The notes under the pieces: generated by a model | Database searches by the model: none | Told to the model about the DNA's origin: nothing | Seen by the model: only the letters and a program-made list of their open reading frames with translations | Shown: positions 19,686-27,799 of the stretch, piece after piece | How positions within the stretch are numbered: the first letter of the stretch is position 1 | Layout: each line of letters begins with the position of its first letter | DNA from: Oscillospiraceae bacterium | Lineage (GTDB): Bacteria > Bacillota_I > Bacilli_A > RF39 > UBA660 | Length of the DNA stretch: 64,000 bases | Direction of reading: 5' to 3' | Assembly (NCBI GenBank): GCA_963632935.1 | Contig: CAVGWA010000001.1 | Location: forward strand, 20,216 to 84,215 | Program-made: the position numbers and the translations under genes

Positions 19686-20133
19686 TTATTGTGATACTTG
19701 TTCATTACTTTTCTTTCCCATCTTCATCAATAACTCATGCCTAAATTTTATTTGATTATTTCTATATACTCTCTTTCCACAATGGCTACAATATGCAAAT
19801 TCTAATTTGTTAGGCACAAATACAGTATGACTACATTCACATACGTGTCTTATTTTATATAATTCATTAAATCTCTTTTTTTCTTGAAGAGCCTTCGCCA
19901 TAGCCATCGCCAGAGCCATCGCCAAAGCCTGAGCCAGAGCCATCGCCATAGCCAGAGCCATCGCCAAAGCCAGAGCCAGAACCATCGCCAAAGCCTGAGC
20001 CATCGCCAAAGCCTGAGCCATCGCCATAGCCAGAGCCATCGCCAGAGCCATAGCCAAAGCCAGAGCCAGTATCTTTTTCTTTTATGTATTTATCAGTTAA
20101 TTGTGTTGCTTTTATATATTCTATTTTTCCCAC
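19686..20133 (-). CDS. frameshifted (or two-frame) gene. The N-terminal part carries GSGFGDGSGYGD repeats, ending at 19867. A C-x-C...C-x2-C zinc-ribbon tail follows in the +1 frame (to 19686). The frames meet at an A7 tract.
   Basis: GC-rich tandem repeat (gccagagccatcgccaaagcc) open in all frames. Homopolymer AGAAAAAAAGAG sits at the frame switch. Zn-ribbon motif HVCECSH...CSHCGKR lies downstream. Confidence 0.4.
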
Positions 20134-20486
20134 TCACTAACACCTTCAATGCTTTTTTGTGCTTTTGCCGTACATTCTATAATTTCAATGGCTTCTGTAA
20201 CTTCTATTTTATCAACTTCAACAGCAAATTTGCAGTCTTCAGGTTTTTTGGTTCCATCTTTGGCAAGTTGACTTAAGCTGTTTGCTCCATCCCAATACCA
20301 AATTCGTCTTACTTTCCTAATTACTACTTCTTTACCATTTCTGCTTTCTACATATCCCGCAAACACTCCTGCGGAATAAGTTCTTACTATGCAATACTTC
20401 ATTCCTTCATATTCTTCAGCTTTTAAATATTTTGTAACTTCTGTTTCTGGAATATATTTAATTCCATCAATAATAATTTCTTTCAT
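20121..20486 (-). CDS. hypothetical phage protein.
   Basis: ORF in the early-gene run. Confidence 0.3.
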   Translation of the reverse strand: MKEIIIDGIKYIPETEVTKYLKAEEYEGMKYCIVRTYSAGVFAGYVESRNGKEVVIRKVRRIWYWDGANSLSQLAKDGTKKPEDCKFAVEVDKIEVTEAIEIIECTAKAQKSIEGVSEWEK

Positions 20487-20487
20487 T

Positions 20488-20991
20488 TTAATCCTCCTCT
20501 AAATATTCATCAATAAGTCTATTTTTTTCAGCAATGATATTTTTCTTTAATTTACTATATTTTTCAATTAACAAACAAATGGAGTTTATTTTTTCTTTAG
20601 TATATTCTCCATTCAAAAAGAATTTTTCTTTATCATATACTTTATCCGGATCCACATAATCACTATCATATGCTTCGTCTCTATAATTAGTCATAATGAT
20701 AATAGGAAAATCACTTGCAATCTTTTTTATTTCTTCATAAATTGAAGTGCCTTTTAGTCTATTTCCTTCTATAACTAATTTATTATCAATAATTAATAAC
20801 ATAATTTTGTCTTCAAGAATATCTTTTTTGATTTCATCTATAATATCAACATAATTTATAGTATTTTTATTCAAATTATAATCTTTATATAGAATAGTGT
20901 GCTCAAAAGATAAATGAGTATATATAGTTCTTTTAATTGAATTTAATTCCTCTAAATCATCTTCAATAATTCCAATTTTATATTCCTTCAT
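20488..20991 (-). CDS. hypothetical phage protein.
   Basis: ORF, tight spacing to neighbours. Confidence 0.3.
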   Translation of the reverse strand: MKEYKIGIIEDDLEELNSIKRTIYTHLSFEHTILYKDYNLNKNTINYVDIIDEIKKDILEDKIMLLIIDNKLVIEGNRLKGTSIYEEIKKIASDFPIIIMTNYRDEAYDSDYVDPDKVYDKEKFFLNGEYTKEKINSICLLIEKYSKLKKNIIAEKNRLIDEYLEED

Positions 20992-20992
20992 A

Positions 20993-21412
20993 TTAATCCA
21001 CCTTTGGCCATCTTATTGTGTCTATTCCTTGCTGTTCGCACTCTTGAATAAGCCCACTCATCAAGAATGCAAATTCGCTTGTATTCAGTTCGTGACTTGG
21101 AGTATATATCATGTATATATCCCACGCATTTCCGTTTTTAACTTTAGAACTTAACTTTTCATAATATTTTATTCCTCTTATCAAAGTATTGTGTGGCACA
21201 CAAACTTGATATCTCACAGAATAATCTTTCAACATTTTAAAATGTAGTTCTTCTATATTCGTTTTTAATACTTTTGCTAATTCGTATAATAATTTCCAAT
21301 ATTTTTTATTTTGTTCTTTATTTCTAGCGTTTTTATACTCTTTTAATTCGTATAATTTATCTTTGTCAAGCTTTATTAATTCACTAGCTAATTTCTCGGG
21401 TTTTGCTATCAT
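20993..21412 (-). CDS. hypothetical phage protein (replication-module position).
   Basis: ORF immediately downstream of SSB. Confidence 0.3.
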   Translation of the reverse strand: MIAKPEKLASELIKLDKDKLYELKEYKNARNKEQNKKYWKLLYELAKVLKTNIEELHFKMLKDYSVRYQVCVPHNTLIRGIKYYEKLSSKVKNGNAWDIYMIYTPSHELNTSEFAFLMSGLIQECEQQGIDTIRWPKVD

Positions 21413-21414
21413 AA

Positions 21415-21831
21415 CTACTCCAAGAAATTATCGTCAATATTTACTTGCTCTCCAAAATCTGCGAATGGGTCCTCATCTTTCTTTTCGACTTGTTCAGTTT
21501 TCCTTGCAGATTGTAAAAATGATATTCTTTCCACATTGACTTCTGTAATGTATTTTGTAGCACCTTGAGTATCAGTATATCTATTTCCAGTTAATCTTCC
21601 TTTTACGACTATTAAATCGCCTTTTTTTACATATTTGTTAACTGTTTCAGCTGTGTTGCTCCAGCATCGACAATTTATAAAATCTGTATCATATTCGCCA
21701 TGTTGATTTTTAAAATTGCGTGTAACTGCTAATGTAAACGTTGCATAGCTTTTTCCTGTACTCGTTTTTTTTAATTCAATATCTTTTGTTAATCTTCCTA
21801 ACAATATTCCTTCATTAAGCATTTTTTTCAT
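21415..21831 (-). CDS. ssb: phage single-stranded DNA-binding protein.
   Basis: OB-fold N-terminal region (LLGRLTKDIELKKTSTGKSYATFTLAV...VVKGRL) and acidic C-terminal tail ending DDNFLE. Confidence 0.75.
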   Translation of the reverse strand: MKKMLNEGILLGRLTKDIELKKTSTGKSYATFTLAVTRNFKNQHGEYDTDFINCRCWSNTAETVNKYVKKGDLIVVKGRLTGNRYTDTQGATKYITEVNVERISFLQSARKTEQVEKKDEDPFADFGEQVNIDDNFLE

Positions 21832-22155
21832 CTCCTAATTCTTTTGATAATTTTTCTAACTCTCTAATTAAAATTGGCTTATAATGTGATTTTGACATAT
21901 CCTTTTCTCCCTTTTTTATTTTTTCGACTAATTCTTGATTATTCATATTAACCACCTACATAATTACCTTTATCATCATGCGTTATTTCAATTATTTTAG
22001 GAACAATGTTATAAACTTCATCTTCTTTAATTCCGTTAATAACATTGCATATATAATCAGTTGTTTCTACTAAATATTCAGATACATCTTTGATACAACC
22101 TATAAAATCACATTTATTGCTTTTCTTATTGATACAGCATACATTTCCTCTATAA

Positions 22156-22464
22156 TTATAGATTTACAATTAATGGTAATCTTTTTAAATTAGGTTTTAT
22201 TTGTTTAACATTTATATTAATATCAAGCTTATATTTAACATAAAATTGTTGTAAAAGCACCAGTACATCTGCTATTTTTTCTTCAATACGATGTCTTAGA
22301 TATGTTTCCATATCAACATTCAAACTATAAAGTTCATAATCCTTAATCGCATCTAATAATCCTTGAATTTCTTTACGTAATTTATTCATTTGATTTGATT
22401 TTCCATAATTATTAAATATTTTTAATAGTTTTTCTTTCATCGTTTTTTCCACACTTTCTTGCAT
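22156..22464 (-). CDS. hypothetical phage protein.
   Basis: ORF only. Confidence 0.25.
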   Translation of the reverse strand: MQESVEKTMKEKLLKIFNNYGKSNQMNKLRKEIQGLLDAIKDYELYSLNVDMETYLRHRIEEKIADVLVLLQQFYVKYKLDININVKQIKPNLKRLPLIVNL

Positions 22465-22599
22465 AAATTACTATGTTTTTCAAAATATTCATAGTTAGTA
22501 GTACAATTATGATCTATTGAGCACATACATATTTCAAAGAGAAAAAAGTAAAAAAATAAAATTCCTAGAATAAACACAAACATCATAACTTTTTTCATT

Positions 22600-22899
22600 T
22601 TAACCTTCTTCCAATTGCCCAAAATTTTTTATATATTCATCAACTGAAGCTATTTCAATCATTAAATTTTTAACATATTCCTCAGAAACGACTTCAATTT
22701 TATTTAAATCTTTAAAGTAAACATTCTCACATTTTCCAACAAAATTTAAGTATGTTCCTTTTTTTGTTTTATAAATCTTTGCGTTAAAATATTGATCAAT
22801 TATTCCAAAAAAAGTTGAAACAGGAATTTTCTGTTGATATTCTAAAATCACATCACACTTATCAGTATCATAAATTTTGTTTTCTATAATTTTTTTCAT
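22600..22899 (-). CDS. hypothetical phage protein.
   Basis: ORF only. Confidence 0.25.
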   Translation of the reverse strand: MKKIIENKIYDTDKCDVILEYQQKIPVSTFFGIIDQYFNAKIYKTKKGTYLNFVGKCENVYFKDLNKIEVVSEEYVKNLMIEIASVDEYIKNFGQLEEG

Positions 22900-23143
22900 T
22901 TTTTCTCCTTAAGTCATTTAATTGTTTAGTTAAGCCTTCAATTTTGCTGGCGTTTTGGCGTCTTTGCATCTCTTTTATTTTTAGCTTGTATTGTAATTCT
23001 TTGTTTTGTTTGTTAATCAAAATTATTGCATCATTTAAACTATCAAATGCTTTTTTGATTTCAAAAAATTTCTTTTGGATTTTTCCAAATTCATTTTCAA
23101 AATATATTAAATCTTTATATTTTTTATTGCTTATTATTTTCAC
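22868..23143 (-). CDS. hypothetical coiled-coil phage protein.
   Basis: ORF only. Confidence 0.25.
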   Translation of the reverse strand: MKIISNKKYKDLIYFENEFGKIQKKFFEIKKAFDSLNDAIILINKQNKELQYKLKIKEMQRRQNASKIEGLTKQLNDLRRKNEKNYRKQNL

Positions 23144-23156
23144 TTTATTCCCCTTT

Positions 23157-23441
23157 TCATTCTTTAATTTTAAAATAATTATTTACTAAATTAAGATCAG
23201 TCGAATTGATAATTTTATTTTGGCCTTGAAATTTGATGCTAAAACTTTCACCATTCTTGCTATATATTTCAAATTTTTTTACTTTATTTTTCTTATCAAT
23301 CACTTTTGTTCTAGTTACCATTGCAAAGTGCCAAAACTTTCGTTGACTAATAAAATATCCAATATCTTGTCTCCACTGTTTTTGATTAAAATCAATGATA
23401 TTTTTTTTAGCAATCCATGAACGATTATATTTTCTAGCCAT
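23157..23441 (-). CDS. hypothetical phage protein.
   Basis: ORF only. Confidence 0.25.
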   Translation of the reverse strand: MARKYNRSWIAKKNIIDFNQKQWRQDIGYFISQRKFWHFAMVTRTKVIDKKNKVKKFEIYSKNGESFSIKFQGQNKIINSTDLNLVNNYFKIKE

Positions 23442-24177
23442 AGTTACATCTCCGTTCTAAATCTTTTATTTCTTCAAAAGTTGCTTTATCTTCTGCTATT
23501 TCTTTTCCATACCAATCAGGGCCATTTTCATTTTGTTTATATTTGTTTTTTTCTAACATACATTCCTTTAATGTTTTGTAACCTTTATCATGCCATGAAT
23601 TAATAATGGTAGTTGTATAATTTAAACCTCTAGCTCCATTAAGTAATGTCTTTTCAACAGCATAATTAATCACATCATCATCAAACCATTCTTTCCAATT
23701 CATCAGTGTTTGATATTCAACAGGAGATAATGTTCTACCAAATTGTTCTTCACAGTAGCTGAAGCAATTTTTTTCTTCTTTAGTAGTTTCTTCTTTTATA
23801 TCCTTATCCTTATCTTTATCCTTATCCTTATCCTTTTCCTTATCCTTATCGGGTTTTTTTAGGTTATTAGGTTTTAAATAGGTTTCTTCTTTAGGTTTTT
23901 GTTTTTTAGGTCTACCACCCTTTTTACCATTTAATTTAGAGGTTTCTGACCTTTTGTCATAATTTTCTTTATCTCTTTTTAGGTTTCTTTTTATGAATGA
24001 AAAAGCCATTTTTGTAATACCGTTTAATTCTTCATCTTCAAAACCTAATTTTTCATATTTAAACATTGCTCTAACCAATTTACCTAATTCTTCATTTGAT
24101 AAATCTTCTAACAATTCTTCATAGTCATAGTACATCAAAAATGATTTTTTGCTTTCTGTTTCTTCTTTTATCATCAC
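23434..24177 (-). CDS. DnaD-domain replication protein (phage replisome organiser) with internal (KD)n low-complexity linker.
   Basis: C-terminal FGRTLSPVEYQTLMNWKEWFDDDVINYAVEKTLLNGARGLNYTTTIINSWHDKGYKTLKE matches the DnaD C-terminal domain pattern. Position at the head of the early operon. Confidence 0.6.
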   Translation of the reverse strand: MMIKEETESKKSFLMYYDYEELLEDLSNEELGKLVRAMFKYEKLGFEDEELNGITKMAFSFIKRNLKRDKENYDKRSETSKLNGKKGGRPKKQKPKEETYLKPNNLKKPDKDKEKDKDKDKDKDKDIKEETTKEEKNCFSYCEEQFGRTLSPVEYQTLMNWKEWFDDDVINYAVEKTLLNGARGLNYTTTIINSWHDKGYKTLKECMLEKNKYKQNENGPDWYGKEIAEDKATFEEIKDLERRCNYG

Positions 24178-24200
24178 TCATAATCACCCTTCTTTTATTC

Positions 24201-24425
24201 TTATATTTTGTTAATTTCGTAAGTAAAATAATCAGTAATTTCTATCACAAAACAAAGTGAAATTATAAAAGTAAATAATCCACACCATGTCCAGCCAAGT
24301 ACCTTACTATTAAACCAAGGCATTATAAGAAGCACATATAAATCATGTAATATGATAATAGTACTTACTATTAAAACAATTAATAATGCTATGTTATTCC
24401 ATTTTATTTTTCTTCTCTTCTTCAT
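24201..24425 (-). CDS. small membrane protein (2 TM).
   Basis: Hydrophobic ORF. Confidence 0.3.
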   Translation of the reverse strand: MKKRRKIKWNNIALLIVLIVSTIIILHDLYVLLIMPWFNSKVLGWTWCGLFTFIISLCFVIEITDYFTYEINKI

Positions 24426-24672
24426 AATTTCACCTCTAATTTGAATAATATTTTATTTTTAACATATTAGATATGTCTATAAGAGCCTTTTTGTCCTGCT
24501 CTTCAGTTAATTTATTTGTAACAATTATTTTTAATTTTTTTTGTTTTGGTAGTTTTTTATTTTTCATTTGATCACCCCATTAAAGTTTATGAATTTAGAT
24601 ATTCCAGTATCTAAAATTATTTATAGTTATCACCAACATGCTATAATGTAGATATAGATTGGAGGTGAATTT

Positions 24673-24882
24673 ATGTATAAGGTATATTTTAAAGACATAA
24701 ACAATGAACTATGTTTATTAAACAACGAAACTGATTTTATCGATGGTATTCTGCCTAACGATTTTGTGAATAAGTTGACAGATAATAAACTTAATTTCCA
24801 AAATGACTTTATCAGAATTCAATATCAAGGAAATAAGTATATAATCAGTATTAGTAATTTAATAATTTATTTAGAAGATTAG
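24673..24882 (+). CDS. hypothetical small protein.
   Basis: ORF with RBS GGAGGTGAATTTATG. Confidence 0.3.
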   Translation: MYKVYFKDINNELCLLNNETDFIDGILPNDFVNKLTDNKLNFQNDFIRIQYQGNKYIISISNLIIYLED

Positions 24883-24887
24883 TTAGA

Positions 24888-25166
24888 TTAATCTTTTAAT
24901 TTATACCATTGTTTAGTTGCATCACTAATTTCCAAATAGATTTCACTTTGGATTCGAATTAAAGAATCTTCATAATTACGTTCAACAACATTAACAAGTC
25001 TTTTAAATGTAGAATAATCAATCTTATTTTCTTGAATGTATTTTATAAAGTTTCCAAGAGCATCACTAAAATTATCAGTTTTATTTACTTTTCTACATTT
25101 ATCAGCAATCTGTTCTGGGCTTAAATATTTGTCATTATCATTTACATAAACTTTCATCTTCCCCAC
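24888..25166 (-). CDS. hypothetical phage protein.
   Basis: RBS GGAGGTGGGGAAGATG. Immediately downstream of the Cro-like gene. Confidence 0.3.
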   Translation of the reverse strand: MGKMKVYVNDNDKYLSPEQIADKCRKVNKTDNFSDALGNFIKYIQENKIDYSTFKRLVNVVERNYEDSLIRIQSEIYLEISDATKQWYKLKD

Positions 25167-25169
25167 CTC

Positions 25170-25418
25170 CTATTCTTCTTTATTTTCAACATTATTTTTG
25201 TGAATATATTCGCAAATATTTCTAAAAAAAATATCTGATGGAACATTATATTTTTCAAGAAAAGAATATAACTTTCCAATTTTTAAAATTTCAGGGTTGT
25301 TCTCATAAACACTTAATGTATTTTTATGAATACCAAGTATTTCAGCAGCACTTTCTAACGTCAATTCCTTACGTAATCTAATTAATTTTAATTCTCTGCC
25401 TATTTGTTCAACAAACAT
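25170..25418 (-). CDS. XRE-family HTH protein, Cro-like (same orientation as lytic genes).
   Basis: HTH_XRE motif LTLESAAEILGIHKNTLSVYEN. 82 aa. Divergent from the CI-like gene. Confidence 0.6.
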   Translation of the reverse strand: MFVEQIGRELKLIRLRKELTLESAAEILGIHKNTLSVYENNPEILKIGKLYSFLEKYNVPSDIFFRNICEYIHKNNVENKEE

Positions 25419-25557
25419 TTTCTACCTCCTATCTAGCATCATTATATGCGAATATATTCTCAAAGTCAATTGTTTTTGTGAAAAAATTCGCAGATTTGTT
25501 GATTTTTACATTTTTTTGCGATAGAATTAGTGTGAATAAATGTTGAGGAGGAAAAGA

Positions 25558-25956
25558 ATGGCAAACTATTTTGTAAAAAATTTAAAATATATTAGAAACC
25601 AAAAAAAAATATCCCAGCAAGAATTAGCTGATAAAATAGGGGTTGACCGTTCTACTATTGGATACTGGGAAAATGGTAAGGCAGACCCAACTTTATTAAA
25701 TGTTCAAAAACTATCTGATGCATTAAATATTAATATGATAAAGTTAGTTGGAACTGATTTATCTTTAGAAGAAAATCAAACAAATGAAAAAAAACAATTC
25801 TCCGAAGAAGAAAAAAAAGAGGCTTTAAAACAAGTGTTAAAAGATAAAGGCTTTTTTAATGAGAATGAAGAAATATCCAAAGATGATGTTGATAAATTAA
25901 TCGACTTTGCTAAAAGAAATAAAGATTATATTATAGATAAGAAAGAAGAAAAGTAA
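25558..25956 (+). CDS. XRE-family HTH repressor, CI-like. Start at MANYF with GAGGAGG RBS; the ORF-track start at 25540 is upstream in frame.
   Basis: ISQQELADKIGVDRSTIGYWENGKADP HTH. Divergently arranged from the Cro-like gene, heading the plus-strand lysogeny operon. Confidence 0.6.
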   Translation: MANYFVKNLKYIRNQKKISQQELADKIGVDRSTIGYWENGKADPTLLNVQKLSDALNINMIKLVGTDLSLEENQTNEKKQFSEEEKKEALKQVLKDKGFFNENEEISKDDVDKLIDFAKRNKDYIIDKKEEK

Positions 25957-25961
25957 AGTAT

Positions 25962-26633
25962 ATGAAAAGATTCGAATATGAAAACAAAATATTAAAATGG
26001 AAACCATGGGTACACATTGTATTAGGCATCTACACTTGTTTTTTATGGTTCATTGTTTTATTAATCATTTACTTTGATTATAATAATTCAAATAAAGAAT
26101 CAGCAAAAAAGGCAATTAATTCTAACACTGAAAATTATGACAACAAAAAGGAACCTATTATATCAGTACATTTTAAAGTTGCAGGTGTAACATTTGAAAA
26201 TAGACAAAAAATAATAAAACAAATTGTAAATGAAAATAAAAATACAATATTTCACAAACCGTATTATGGAATGACAAATAAAGAAATAATTGATAATGGA
26301 AATGAAATTTACGAAATAAATAATCTGAGTGTTAATTCTTTAAGATTAGAACCTACAACCTTCAAAAATGAAGATGCAATCGAAGTTTATATAAGTGATA
26401 ATGAAGAAAAAGAATATATGGTAGGATATGTTCCAGAACATAAAATTAAAGAAGTTCAAAAATTTTTAATAATGTACAATGAACACCCTAACTATCAATT
26501 AAAATCTGATGCATATTTTACTGGTGGTAAATACAAAGTTGGAGAATTTAATGATTGTAGCAAAGAAGTTATTAAAACATATAAAAACAATTATGGAATC
26601 AATATCAAGTTAGAATTATATGAGCAAAAATAA
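25962..26633 (+). CDS. membrane-anchored HIRAN-domain protein (lysogeny-module cargo).
   Basis: N-terminal TM helix. VAGVTFENRQ...LRLEPTTFKNEDAIEVY...YMVGYVPE fits the HIRAN pattern (hydrophobic-GY/R, EP.N..D..AI.V, IGY.P). Confidence 0.4.
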   Translation: MKRFEYENKILKWKPWVHIVLGIYTCFLWFIVLLIIYFDYNNSNKESAKKAINSNTENYDNKKEPIISVHFKVAGVTFENRQKIIKQIVNENKNTIFHKPYYGMTNKEIIDNGNEIYEINNLSVNSLRLEPTTFKNEDAIEVYISDNEEKEYMVGYVPEHKIKEVQKFLIMYNEHPNYQLKSDAYFTGGKYKVGEFNDCSKEVIKTYKNNYGINIKLELYEQK

Positions 26634-26744
26634 AAAAGAGTTAAAAACTTAATCAATATCTAACAAATAAATTATTGATTTTGTAAAAAAAATAAAGATT
26701 ATATTATAGATAAGAAAAATACCACAAAATAAGGAGTATGATGT

Positions 26745-27272
26745 ATGAATAATAAAATTGATATTGCCTGTAATAGGTACAAACTTATAAAAAATAGTTT
26801 ACACCCTAAATTTTGTACTATTGATGAATGGTTAGACAAAGAAAGTAAAATTTTTGAGAGTGAATTATCCTCCAAACCAAGAACTTATAAAAAATTAAAA
26901 AGAGGTCAGATTATCAAAGTGGACTTTGGTATAAATATTGGTTCTGAATTATGTTATACTCATTTTGCAATAGTTTTAAATAAAAATGATAGCATTTACA
27001 GTGATAATGTAACTGTAATACCAATTACCTCAAAAAGGGGAAATAATAGAATTGCACTTGGGAAAATATTGCATAATGTATATCCAAATTCATTAAAATA
27101 TAATTTGAATTGTTATGCCAACGTAACACAAATAAAATCAATTAGCAAATCCAGAATATTTCAAAATAATAAAAATTACGTTTGTATTAACGATATACTA
27201 GATAAAATAGATAATGCAATTTTAACAACATTTACTAATGTTAATAAAAATAAAACAAAAATAGGTGTATAA
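26745..27272 (+). CDS. PemK/MazF-like fold protein (putative toxin/abortive-infection cargo) with ~50-aa N-terminal extension. No adjacent antitoxin evident.
   Basis: RGQIIKVDFGINIGSE...HFAIVL...NVTVIPITSK parallels the MazF/PemK signature (GD.V.VDF.P..GSE...RPA.VLS...v.v.PiTs). Confidence 0.4.
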   Translation: MNNKIDIACNRYKLIKNSLHPKFCTIDEWLDKESKIFESELSSKPRTYKKLKRGQIIKVDFGINIGSELCYTHFAIVLNKNDSIYSDNVTVIPITSKRGNNRIALGKILHNVYPNSLKYNLNCYANVTQIKSISKSRIFQNNKNYVCINDILDKIDNAILTTFTNVNKNKTKIGV

Positions 27273-27799
27273 AAATTTGACTTTAGAATAAAAATATGGT
27301 ATAAGTAAAGTAATCATTTAATTGATTATATTTAGTCCTTAACGGACACCTCAGTTTCTTTTGAAACTGTACTTGGCTTTTTACAAGCACTTAAGATACC
27401 ATATTTGGTATCTTTTATTTTATATAAACACATATAAAATTCTAAAAAAAGAAATTTACTAAACATTAATAATCAATGTCTAGTAAATAAATCAAAACTA
27501 TATAAAGTTCAATATTTAATCGATAGCTTTGTAATAGTTTATAAAAATCATCAAATTTCATAAAAACCTCCTAACGGAGAAAATATTATAATGTAAATTT
27601 AAAGATAATTAAAAACTCTCTAGCTGGAACTAGAGAGCAAATGAAAAATTTAAGCCACCAACTTAGCAAAAATAGGATTGAAATCAATACTATAATTGCA
27701 TACTATAACATACGATGCATATAAAATACAATACATATGCTACAATACAATTTTTCTATATAATTGTATCATAAATTTATTAATAAAGGAAGTGCTATA

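Noticed and set aside
19686-20057. ORF translating to MAMALAMALAMAMA... (123 aa).
   Set aside because: Alternate-frame reading of the GC-rich codon repeat. Only its C-terminal zinc-ribbon part looks genuine, and it is treated as the downstream half of the frameshifted gene.
19884-20276. Plus-strand ORF encoding SHRQSHRQS... repeats.
   Set aside because: Third-frame or antisense reading of the same repeat tract, with low-complexity output. Overlaps better-supported minus-strand genes.
21832-22155. Short unlisted ORFs between SSB and ORF 22156-22464 (about 40-55 aa).
   Set aside because: Too short and lacking clear starts. Possibly real small phage genes, but not supportable from sequence alone.
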